Below, in pieces: positions 1 to 7,252 of a stretch of 14,636 bases of DNA (position 1 is the stretch's first letter; every line of letters starts with the position of its first letter). Origin of the DNA: an uncultured archaeon (GTDB taxonomy: Archaea; Asgardarchaeota; Lokiarchaeia; Sigyniarchaeales; Promethearchaeaceae); the NCBI GenBank assembly GCA_964426185.1, contig CAYRPF010000078.1, positions 1 to 14,636 on the forward strand, in the 5' to 3' direction. The position numbers and the translations under genes were made by a program. The notes under the pieces were generated by a model, which had not been told where the DNA came from, did not search any database, and was given only the letters and a program-made list of their open reading frames with translations.

Positions 1-23
1 ATGAACTCAGACGAAAATTTTGT

Positions 24-40
24 AAAAAAAATATCAAAAA
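24..40 (-). terminator. Putative archaeal oligo-T terminator after the longin/uDENN-like gene
   Basis: The minus strand reads TTTTTGATATTTTTTTT a few nt after the TAA at 47-49. Confidence 0.4.
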
Positions 41-46
41 TATATC

Positions 47-424
47 TTAAACTCGTGCAAGATCTTTATATAATTTCGGAATTATTTCTTTGTATTTATT
101 GTTTTCAATATTTCCCAGAATATTTGCAGCAATTTTATTTAAGATTTTGCGATATTTTGAGACTTGCTCATCCCGCCGAAGCAGTAATGCTACAACATAG
201 TTCTCCACTTCAATGAATTTTTCCCCGAGCCCTGAAAAAAAAGATACAATTTTGTGGTTTTTAAATGTAAGAGAGGAAAATCCTGGTGTTAACGAGGAAT
301 ATCGGTGAGCGGAGTAAATTTGTGTAAGTAAGTTGTTAGTTATCTTCAAATTTTCAGGATAACTTGATAACAAGACAGGCCCGACTTCATTATCCCATCG
401 CAATATTAAAATTCCAAGAGGCAC
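47..424 (-). CDS. Stand-alone longin/uDENN-like protein (125 aa), Asgard-type
   Basis: The N-terminus GILILRWDNEVGPVLLSSYP resembles the uDENN/longin 'hydrophobic strand-(F/W)D-x3-GP-x5-YP' start. It is followed by a helix, beta-rich segments (GFSSLTF, KIVSFF, YVVALLL) and C-terminal amphipathic helices. GTG start with an AAGGAGA RBS at 434-440. Confidence 0.7.
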   Translation of the reverse strand: MPLGILILRWDNEVGPVLLSSYPENLKITNNLLTQIYSAHRYSSLTPGFSSLTFKNHKIVSFFSGLGEKFIEVENYVVALLLRRDEQVSKYRKILNKIAANILGNIENNKYKEIIPKLYKDLARV

Positions 425-460
425 TTTTGATGATCTCCTTTATTAATTTATAATCAATAG

Positions 461-487
461 CAATTAATATCAGTTAATATCAGTTAA
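461..487. repeat. Short tandem 10-bp repeat (CAATTAATAT CAGTTAATAT CAGTTAA)
   Basis: Directly visible, about 2.7 copies, in the intergenic region upstream of the 47..424 gene. Confidence 0.75.
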
Positions 488-554
488 AAGATAAATCTAT
501 TGATCTATATTAGTTGTTGCAACATAAAAGGCTTATGAACTTCTTTTTCAATTT

Positions 555-1175
555 TCAGTTCAGATACAAATTACCACTTTTAATTAATTTGTAAACGAGT
601 TCCTGGATTTTCAATTTTTGAAACGGATATATTGCATCAAAATGCGTCAAAATGTGTGGAATATAGACAAATCCTTGATTCTCTATTTGCAGCTGAATAT
701 ATTTTATGATTTCTCCAGCAAGACCGCTAGGAGGCATGTCAACCTCACGGAAATAATAGGGTTTGGTATATTTTATGTTAAATGTTTCTTCTGCCATTTT
801 TTTCAGATTCTGACGGGTGGGTAAATCTTGCAAGAAAATATCGATGTTACCCAAATAAGTGGAATACAATCCTTGAAGCTCGGAAGCAAAGCGAGATTCT
901 AACCTAACAGAGAATGTTTGCAGCATTTCTCGTTCCATTGGGCTGGGCTTTTGATGAATTAATAAAACCACGTAAGTATAATTGCCCACCCATATCAAAT
1001 TATGTAAATTATCTAACTGAACAGACTCAAGAGAAAAAATAGGGCGATTTTGAATTCTTCTATCGGTTTGTATAAAATTTTGTGTTTTTTCTAAAAGATC
1101 CACTTGGATTGGGTGAGATTCATTTCTCTGAAAGAAAATAATTTGATTACTATGTTTGTGAATAACACAAACCAT
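555..1175 (-). CDS. Longin-like domain protein with a probable C-terminal winged-helix-like domain; the true start may lie upstream of 1175
   Basis: The N-terminal part follows the longin pattern: VCVIHKHSNQIIF (two strands), a helix, SVQLDNLHNLIWVGNYTYVVLLI (three strands), REMLQTFSVRLESRF (helix), then GNIDIF and MAEETF. The C-terminus (PY...FVYIPHIL...VYKLIKSGNL) is wHTH-like. Confidence 0.6.
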   Translation of the reverse strand: MVCVIHKHSNQIIFFQRNESHPIQVDLLEKTQNFIQTDRRIQNRPIFSLESVQLDNLHNLIWVGNYTYVVLLIHQKPSPMEREMLQTFSVRLESRFASELQGLYSTYLGNIDIFLQDLPTRQNLKKMAEETFNIKYTKPYYFREVDMPPSGLAGEIIKYIQLQIENQGFVYIPHILTHFDAIYPFQKLKIQELVYKLIKSGNLYLN

Positions 1176-1211
1176 TTCGAAATCTATAATAAATGATAAA
1201 ATTTTGACAAA

Positions 1212-1219
1212 ACCTCCTT
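1212..1219 (-). promoter_or_regulatory. Strong Shine-Dalgarno-like site AAGGAGGT
   Basis: The plus strand has acctcctt at 1212-1219, lying between the nadA stop and the longin-like ORF. Confidence 0.6.
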
Positions 1220-1244
1220 TTTTTTCTCTAATTTTTAAAATATT

Positions 1245-2231
1245 TTAAGAATATTTAAGCATTCGTTCTAAAGGTTGGAGTGCTTGAGCTGCTTGGGTTG
1301 AATTTACCCTAATTTCATATTGTGATTGTCGCGGAGTTCCAACAGAGCGAATTGCGGCAAGTAAATTTCTAATATCAATTTTTTTCATATTTTTACATAC
1401 AGCGGCAGAATTGAGTGGATAATATGATTGATTGGGAAATTTCCACCGCAAGTGTTCAACTAAACCCATTTCTGTTCCGATAATAAAACCATTCGAATTT
1501 GGGTTATTCTGAGAATATTGCAGCATCTGTGAAGTGGAACCGATAAAATCTGCTTGATTTTGAACTTCTACGGGGCACTCTGGATGAACTAAGAGAGAAG
1601 CTCCGGGATGTTTCTTTTTTGCTTTATCTATGTCATTCATAGAAATGAAATTATGAATAGGACAGTTTCCCATTTCAGGAACTTTAATTATTTTTAAAGA
1701 AGTGCGGTTTTCCACAAAAGTAGCAAGATTTTTATCCGGCCCAAACAATATTGTATCAGTATTCCACTCTTGAGCCGCCTTCTCGACCACCCGCACTGCA
1801 TTGGAAGAAGTGCAGCAAACATCTGAAAATGCTTTCGTTTCCGCCGTAGTATTAACGTAAACAATCAACGGTGTTCCAGGGTATTGTGCTCGATATTCAT
1901 TAATAATATTTAAGTTTAGAAAGCTAGCCAATGGGCATCCCGCTTGAAAATTGGGTGATAATATTATTTTAGCTTGATTGAGGATTGAAGCTGTTTCCGC
2001 CATGAAATGCACCCCTGCTAACACGATGATATCTGATTCTTCCCTTTCCCGGGCAATTTTAGCCAAACCAAGAGAATCTCCGATAAAATCCGCTATTTTT
2101 TGTATTTCGATAGGTTGATAATAATGGGCATAAATGGCAATCCTTTTTTGTTCTTTTAGGGAAGCAATTTCATCAATCATTTGATCTTCTGTTTGATTCA
2201 TCAATGAATTTTTCGATGTTTCAGCATTCAT
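1245..2231 (-). CDS. nadA: Quinolinate synthase, [4Fe-4S] enzyme of de novo NAD biosynthesis
   Basis: Motifs AHYYQ, DFIGDS, GVHFMAE, YVNT, TSSNA, HPEC, GSTSQM and GTE are present. The three cluster-ligating Cys lie in GCPLA, NCPIH and VCKNMK. Confidence 0.97.
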   Translation of the reverse strand: MNAETSKNSLMNQTEDQMIDEIASLKEQKRIAIYAHYYQPIEIQKIADFIGDSLGLAKIAREREESDIIVLAGVHFMAETASILNQAKIILSPNFQAGCPLASFLNLNIINEYRAQYPGTPLIVYVNTTAETKAFSDVCCTSSNAVRVVEKAAQEWNTDTILFGPDKNLATFVENRTSLKIIKVPEMGNCPIHNFISMNDIDKAKKKHPGASLLVHPECPVEVQNQADFIGSTSQMLQYSQNNPNSNGFIIGTEMGLVEHLRWKFPNQSYYPLNSAAVCKNMKKIDIRNLLAAIRSVGTPRQSQYEIRVNSTQAAQALQPLERMLKYS

Positions 2232-2376
2232 AATATAGTAAGTTTTAGTTCTCCCATTAAATTTTGGGTATTTAAAGAGGGTATTAAAAAAATTTAAGTA
2301 AAGCGCAAGAAGAACTTAACCAGTAAAAATTTTTTAGGTAGAAGGTTGGGCAATTTCTTTGCCAAATTTTAAATTC

Positions 2377-2390
2377 TTTAATATATTAAA
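2377..2390 (+). promoter_or_regulatory. Putative TATA box of the thioredoxin reductase gene, within the perfect palindrome TTTAATATATTAAA
   Basis: It lies 21-34 nt upstream of ATG 2411 and there is no SD, consistent with an archaeal leaderless transcript. Confidence 0.5.
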
Positions 2391-2410
2391 AATATTGAGT
2401 TGAATCTATT

Positions 2411-3358
2411 ATGTCGAGTAAATGTGATGTATCAAAACCTAATTGGTACCATGTGGTAATCATCGGAGGTGGCCCTGCAGCTATTTCTGCAGCCATCTAT
2501 ACTCATCGCTTTGATCTTAAAACTCTTATCATTGGTGAAGAATATGGAGGAGCTATTTCCAAGACGTATTTAATCGAGAACTATCCAGGATTTTTTGACG
2601 TTTCTGGCTTTGAGTTGATGGAAGCATTTCAAAAACACTATGAACATTTCAATATTCCCTACAAGTTTGAAACCGTCACCAAAATCGAGAAAGATCCTAA
2701 TGACACTTTTATAGTTTCAGTTTCAGGTGGAGAAACATATCATGCTTGCGCTGTTATTGTGGCTACAGGCGGAAAATACCGAAAATTGAATGTTCCAGGT
2801 GAAGAAGAGTTTCACGGCCGTGGTGTGAGTTATTGTGCTACATGCGATGGCTTCTTTTTCCGAGATAAGACAGTTATTGTGGTCGGAGGTTCCGATAGCG
2901 CGGCTGTTGAAGCATTATTTCTTTCCAAATTTGCAAAAAAGGTCTACATTGTCTATCGTCGAGCTAAGATTCGAGCAGAACCGATAAATGCTCAACGATG
3001 CGATGAAGAAGAAAAAATAGAAATAATCCCCAATACTACGATAAAGCGGATAATCGGAAAAGATAAAGTGGAGTCGGTTGAGTTTAATGACGGCACCATC
3101 TTTCCCACGGATGCTGTTTTTATTGAGATTGGTCAAGATCCGCAGAGCGAATTAGTAAAAGATTTGGGTGTAAAATTAAACGACCGTGGTGAAATTATCG
3201 TAGATAGTTTTGCACAGACCAACGTGCCGGGAATTTTTGCAGCTGGAGATGTTACCAACATTAGGGAAAAACAAGTTATTACCGCAGCGGGTCAAGCAGT
3301 TAGTGCCGCTTATTCGGTTAGAGATTATTTAGAAAAACTTACATTGCCGACTAAATGA
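2411..3358 (+). CDS. trxB: Thioredoxin reductase, low-molecular-weight FAD/NAD(P)H type
   Basis: IIGGGPAA FAD motif, IENYPG, IVATG, GRGVSYCATCDG redox CxxC, VVGGSDSA and YRRAKIRA nucleotide-binding motifs, and TNVPGIFAAGD. Confidence 0.93.
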   Translation: MSSKCDVSKPNWYHVVIIGGGPAAISAAIYTHRFDLKTLIIGEEYGGAISKTYLIENYPGFFDVSGFELMEAFQKHYEHFNIPYKFETVTKIEKDPNDTFIVSVSGGETYHACAVIVATGGKYRKLNVPGEEEFHGRGVSYCATCDGFFFRDKTVIVVGGSDSAAVEALFLSKFAKKVYIVYRRAKIRAEPINAQRCDEEEKIEIIPNTTIKRIIGKDKVESVEFNDGTIFPTDAVFIEIGQDPQSELVKDLGVKLNDRGEIIVDSFAQTNVPGIFAAGDVTNIREKQVITAAGQAVSAAYSVRDYLEKLTLPTK

Positions 3359-3371
3359 ACCACAATTACGC

Positions 3372-3387
3372 TTTTTTTGGTTTTTTT
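3372..3387 (+). terminator. Putative oligo-T terminator of trxB
   Basis: T7-GG-T7 starts 14 nt after the TGA, in a convergent intergenic region. Confidence 0.55.
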
Positions 3388-3401
3388 AGGTATTATTATT
3401 T

Positions 3402-3866
3402 TTAAAGATCTAGAAAATCATAGAATATAGAAAAGAGTTTTTCGAATATAAGGAGATTTTGGATATCTCCAGTAAGTTTAATATCTCCATTCATCATTGC
3501 CATCCATGGATCTGTTGCACCTTGGAAAGAAGCGAGTAATTTTTCAGTGGTGATTTGAATGTCGATTTTAGAAAAATTTTCTTTATTTTCTAGCAGAAAT
3601 TTTTCGAATTCTTGATCTATTTGCTTAAATTTAAGTTTACCCGAGTAAAGTTCAAGAACTATCAGTACTTCTTTTTCCATATTTCGGAAAATGGTGATTA
3701 AAATGATCAAATTGACATCTTCAAATTCTTCAAAAAATTCTTTTGATGAGTTAGACATTTGTTCACAGAACCGAAAAAAATCAAGCAATTCATCCAATGT
3801 CATTGTTTGGGATATTATTTTACTCCGAAAGAATGCTATTTTCTGAGAAATGCCTAATAATGTCAT
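3402..3866 (-). CDS. SCP2 sterol/lipid-carrier domain protein
   Basis: The C-terminal QGATDPWMAMMNGDIKLTGD matches the SCP2 signature G-x2-D-P-x2-A-x-M-x-G-x-(I/L)-K-x2-GD. Confidence 0.8.
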   Translation of the reverse strand: MTLLGISQKIAFFRSKIISQTMTLDELLDFFRFCEQMSNSSKEFFEEFEDVNLIILITIFRNMEKEVLIVLELYSGKLKFKQIDQEFEKFLLENKENFSKIDIQITTEKLLASFQGATDPWMAMMNGDIKLTGDIQNLLIFEKLFSIFYDFLDL

Positions 3867-3935
3867 AATATTTGATAATGTTTGATTTCTAATAGATTTT
3901 ATGGATGAAAATGATCAACGCCAGCTATTCCTATA

Positions 3936-5495
3936 TTATTTCAATATCTCTTGGAATTGCTTGAAATTTTGGATTAATTTGGTATGGTATTGAAGATAGC
4001 CCTGTAAAGCAATACTCATTTGTTCCACTATTTTAATATTCTCTTTGATTTCAAAGATATCAAGGTCTTTTTCATCTTTTTCATCTAATTTTGAAATCAA
4101 AAACCAACTTTTTTGCTGGGAAATAATCTGTTCTAATCGATTTAGAATCCTTAACAGATCATCTAAAAATGGAGCCAATTCTTTCAATTTAGTCGGTGAT
4201 AAATTCTCAACTGCATCATCAGAATCCGTTTGGGATAGTAATTGAAGCGTCTCTTGGTGTTGTTGTTGAAGATTGATTATTTGATTTATTTCATCAATTA
4301 ATTCAACTAATATTAGAAAAGTGTTCCAATAGAGATGATGCCGTATCGACTGCTCATTTGCTTCTTTTACCGAAAAATCCAGAAATTGCTTTAACATCTT
4401 TCTTTCTTCTGATTGGACCCGTAACTGGGCGCGGAGATTATCATTCTGAACGGTTAAAAATATACCTAAAGGTTTTTTCTGGTTGTCCGTAGGGATTTTA
4501 CTAAAAAATTTTAAAACATTTGATACAGCAATTGGAAACTTTGGTTCAGTCATTGAGTTAAAATTTGATTCTGAAAGATAATCAAAGAGAAAAGAGCGCC
4601 AATAGCGTGGGATGAAAGAAGCTTCAGGACAATTTCTGCCTTCCCAATAATTACATGCTTGCCATAATATTTCAAATGAAATAACGGGGTATAAACCAAT
4701 TTTCAATAATGAAGAAATACCAGAGGCATGAAAATCATAGAACTCCATTTTTTCCCCGGTATTTTCTAAGGTATTTTTTAATGTTTGACCAAAAGATATG
4801 TAGTTTTTAGCAAATTCAACCTCAAACTGTTTGCTGGGTAGGTGTTCGACTCCGCTGATTTGAACTGCATTGATTTTATATTCTCCAGCTATTGCTAATA
4901 TTTCTTGAATAAACGAAGGTTTAAGCGATGGAGTCATCCAATCAATATTAATGGCTCGAATTCCATGTTTTGGAGCGTCTTGAATGGTTTGATAAGGAAT
5001 ATTATTATTCGTAGATCTTAACAACTGCAAGAGAGTTTGAAAACCGTAGAACAAGCCCCTTTCAGTTCGACTGCTAATTTGGATAAACCTTCCAATAATA
5101 AGATGATATTCATCTGTACTGCGAAAATCATGAATATTCCATGGATTAATCCATTTAATCTTACTTATGATTAATTGGGGATTAATTTTCAGTGATTCAG
5201 AATTCAATAGTAAATATAAGGGAGATCGAGGAACAAAATACCCTAAATCGGATCGATAGTTTAGTGAATTCTTTTCAAGTGTTGAAGATACTTCCCAAAG
5301 TAATTTCAAGGAAGATCCGAATTGAGCTAAGAATGATTTGATATGTGATTGAAAAATTTCAGAACCAGCATTAGTATTTATTTTCCAGGTGCCTTCTAAA
5401 GAACAGTATTGATTTGATGCTCCTTTTATTTGTTTTAGCACAAATGGTAACAAAGAATTTGGTAATTCCCAGTTATTGCTCATATTAAAGATCAT
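3936..5495 (-). CDS. GH20 (beta-hexosaminidase) domain-2-containing protein with a truncated catalytic barrel and a helical C-terminus; the start may be ATG at 5483
   Basis: DEYHLII...IQISS...RGLFYGFQTLLQL...IQDAPKHGIRAINID...YKINAVQI matches GH20 domain 2 and the first two barrel strands. No HxGxDE catalytic motif follows. A TTTAATATA box at 5505-5513 starts 30 nt before ATG 5483. Confidence 0.75.
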   Translation of the reverse strand: MIFNMSNNWELPNSLLPFVLKQIKGASNQYCSLEGTWKINTNAGSEIFQSHIKSFLAQFGSSLKLLWEVSSTLEKNSLNYRSDLGYFVPRSPLYLLLNSESLKINPQLIISKIKWINPWNIHDFRSTDEYHLIIGRFIQISSRTERGLFYGFQTLLQLLRSTNNNIPYQTIQDAPKHGIRAINIDWMTPSLKPSFIQEILAIAGEYKINAVQISGVEHLPSKQFEVEFAKNYISFGQTLKNTLENTGEKMEFYDFHASGISSLLKIGLYPVISFEILWQACNYWEGRNCPEASFIPRYWRSFLFDYLSESNFNSMTEPKFPIAVSNVLKFFSKIPTDNQKKPLGIFLTVQNDNLRAQLRVQSEERKMLKQFLDFSVKEANEQSIRHHLYWNTFLILVELIDEINQIINLQQQHQETLQLLSQTDSDDAVENLSPTKLKELAPFLDDLLRILNRLEQIISQQKSWFLISKLDEKDEKDLDIFEIKENIKIVEQMSIALQGYLQYHTKLIQNFKQFQEILK

Positions 5496-5566
5496 ATATC
5501 ATAGTATATTAAATTCTTCGGGAGTTCAATGAATAAAATTAATATAAAAATTCAATTTCAAAAATA

Positions 5567-6838
5567 TCAAACTGGATAAAATACATCAGGGATTGGATAT
5601 TTCCAAAAAACCACAAATTGCCCGAAAAACCATGAAACATAGAAAATTGATGATGAAAGAGTCAATATATAATATAATAATGCCCATATAGGCACCTCAC
5701 GTGATTTTGGGATCCAATACTGATCAAATCTATACCATAAATAACCCCCCACAAATCCGATTAGAAGATTTAACGGGTAAAACCATATATAATTTAAAGG
5801 ATTATCGTCAAATCCAGTATGAATGGAAGATTTATAATGATACCATATGGAAAACCACAGAATTTGAACTAATAATATATGATAAGTGGAGCTACTTATT
5901 TCTCTAATAGCTTTTTGGAATTTTTCCTTCCAAGATTTAACCCCCTTTAAATTAAGTTGAGCAGGTAAAACATTTAAGGCAATTAATACAATAAGGGCAG
6001 AATATGGAAAAGTAAAGAAATTATAATCTCCAGAGATCCACTCTAAATGAAAAACGCTTCTAAAATCATCGATGAAATTAACCCCAACCAAATAGCCAAA
6101 GCTAATTATCCCTAAAATCCAGATTATAATATTATGCTTGGAAGATATCTTTGAATCTAATGCAATCCACATTCCCATACCTACAGCAGATAATAAAAAC
6201 AGAATATTTGTATAGAAAAAGAAAATAGTATACCACCAAGTGTCTACATACAAGATATGTTGAACCCACTGCATCGTAATTTCAATTAGAAAAGTGGAAA
6301 TAAATGTTAATGTTGGAGCCTTACTGAAACAGTAATATAGAAATGGAAATAATAGAATAGAACCAAGAATTACAGGAATAAACCACATTCCAGGACCCCA
6401 AAGTGAAGTATAACCAAAATATTGATAAATTTGAGACTCATAAATACCGTTCAAGAATTTCGGAGGTTCAATCTTATAAATGAAATTTGTTACGATGAAT
6501 TGAAAAAAATAGAGAAGCAAATAAGGAAATAAGAAACGTTCGAATTTCTTTTTAAAATATTTAATAGAATATAATTCTTTAAGTGTTAGTTTTTGATTTA
6601 TTATGGTTTCTTGTTTTTCATATGATTTGACTAAATTGAACCCCATTATTACCATTAAGACAGGTATCGAAATACGCTCCCAAAATGAGTTATAGAGATT
6701 TCCAAGAAAAGCATGAGTAAAACTATGGTCCATAATAACCAAAGCCATCATTAGACTTTTTAGAATATCAATTTGAAAATATCGATTACTCGATTTATTT
6801 AATCTATTTTTTTCGAATACGTTCATAACAATTCTCAC
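5567..6838 (-). CDS. Acyltransferase-3 (OafA/AT3) family polytopic membrane acyltransferase
   Basis: RYFQIDILKSLMMALVIMDH, IPVLMVIMGF, YFKKKFERFLFPY, MWFIPVI and STYHILLVQ correspond to AT3 motifs, with many hydrophobic helices. The start is GTG 6838 or ATG 6826. Confidence 0.85.
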   Translation of the reverse strand: MRIVMNVFEKNRLNKSSNRYFQIDILKSLMMALVIMDHSFTHAFLGNLYNSFWERISIPVLMVIMGFNLVKSYEKQETIINQKLTLKELYSIKYFKKKFERFLFPYLLLYFFQFIVTNFIYKIEPPKFLNGIYESQIYQYFGYTSLWGPGMWFIPVILGSILLFPFLYYCFSKAPTLTFISTFLIEITMQWVQHILYVDTWWYTIFFFYTNILFLLSAVGMGMWIALDSKISSKHNIIIWILGIISFGYLVGVNFIDDFRSVFHLEWISGDYNFFTFPYSALIVLIALNVLPAQLNLKGVKSWKEKFQKAIREISSSTYHILLVQILWFSIWYHYKSSIHTGFDDNPLNYIWFYPLNLLIGFVGGYLWYRFDQYWIPKSREVPIWALLYYILTLSSSIFYVSWFFGQFVVFWKYPIPDVFYPV

Positions 6839-6869
6839 TACTATCTGAAAGAATGATTCATTAAAGCTG

Positions 6870-6892
6870 AGATTGAATTTAAAATTCTATCT
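6870..6892. promoter_or_regulatory. Inverted repeat overlapping a TATA-like box upstream of the acyltransferase; candidate operator
   Basis: AGATTGAATTT-A-AAATTCTATCT, with 10 of 11 arm positions pairing. Confidence 0.45.
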
Positions 6893-6936
6893 ATGGATTT
6901 TGCAGAAGACTAAAAAAACTGAACGCCTTGATATTT

Positions 6937-7155
6937 TCACTCTACAGAAAATTGATAGAATGGGTCATATAAAAAAGGATATTCCTTATCCTCACGCTTT
7001 TGAGCTATATCTTTATTATAATCATCCCAAAAATCCCAAGCAAGATAAAAAATAAGAAGAAGAAATAAAATGAAGAATATTGGAGATATAAACAAACTTA
7101 TCCCTAAAATGATAAGAGAACCAATAAAAAATATCACTCCAGAGTTGTTTCCCAT
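6937..7155 (-). CDS. Small membrane protein (72 aa), unknown function
   Basis: GAGGAGA RBS 5 nt before the ATG, a ~35-aa hydrophobic N-terminal stretch and a charged/aromatic tail. A T7 run follows on the minus strand at 6912-6918. Confidence 0.7.
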   Translation of the reverse strand: MGNNSGVIFFIGSLIILGISLFISPIFFILFLLLIFYLAWDFWDDYNKDIAQKREDKEYPFLYDPFYQFSVE

Positions 7156-7252
7156 TCTATTCTCCTCAAAAAATTAATCGGGTACTCTTTAAAAAAGATA
7201 TAGAATTTGAAAAAATGAGATAATTTTAATCTTTTTATTCATTTGATAAATT

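Noticed and set aside
1380-1420. E. coli-type thioredoxin-regulated CxxCxxC motif in NadA as an explanation for trxB adjacency
   Set aside because: The sequence here is NSAAVCKNMK, with only the cluster-ligating Cys.
555-2231. NadA-longin fusion by stop read-through, since the two genes are in the same frame
   Set aside because: The stop is TAA, NadA is complete at its normal C-terminus, and a strong SD in the spacer favours independent initiation.
3356-3430. Selenocysteine read-through of the trxB TGA, considered because Lokiarchaeia use Sec and animal TrxRs are selenoproteins
   Set aside because: This is a low-MW TrxR that is already complete with CATC. There is no Gly-Cys-Sec-Gly context, the read-through peptide is just the T-rich terminator, and I see no SECIS-like hairpin.
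1-7055. Short ORFs 1..216, 618..824, 2915..3136, 4045..4245, 5701..5907 and 6873..7055
   Set aside because: They are antisense shadows of better-supported genes, with no recognisable motifs or RBS.
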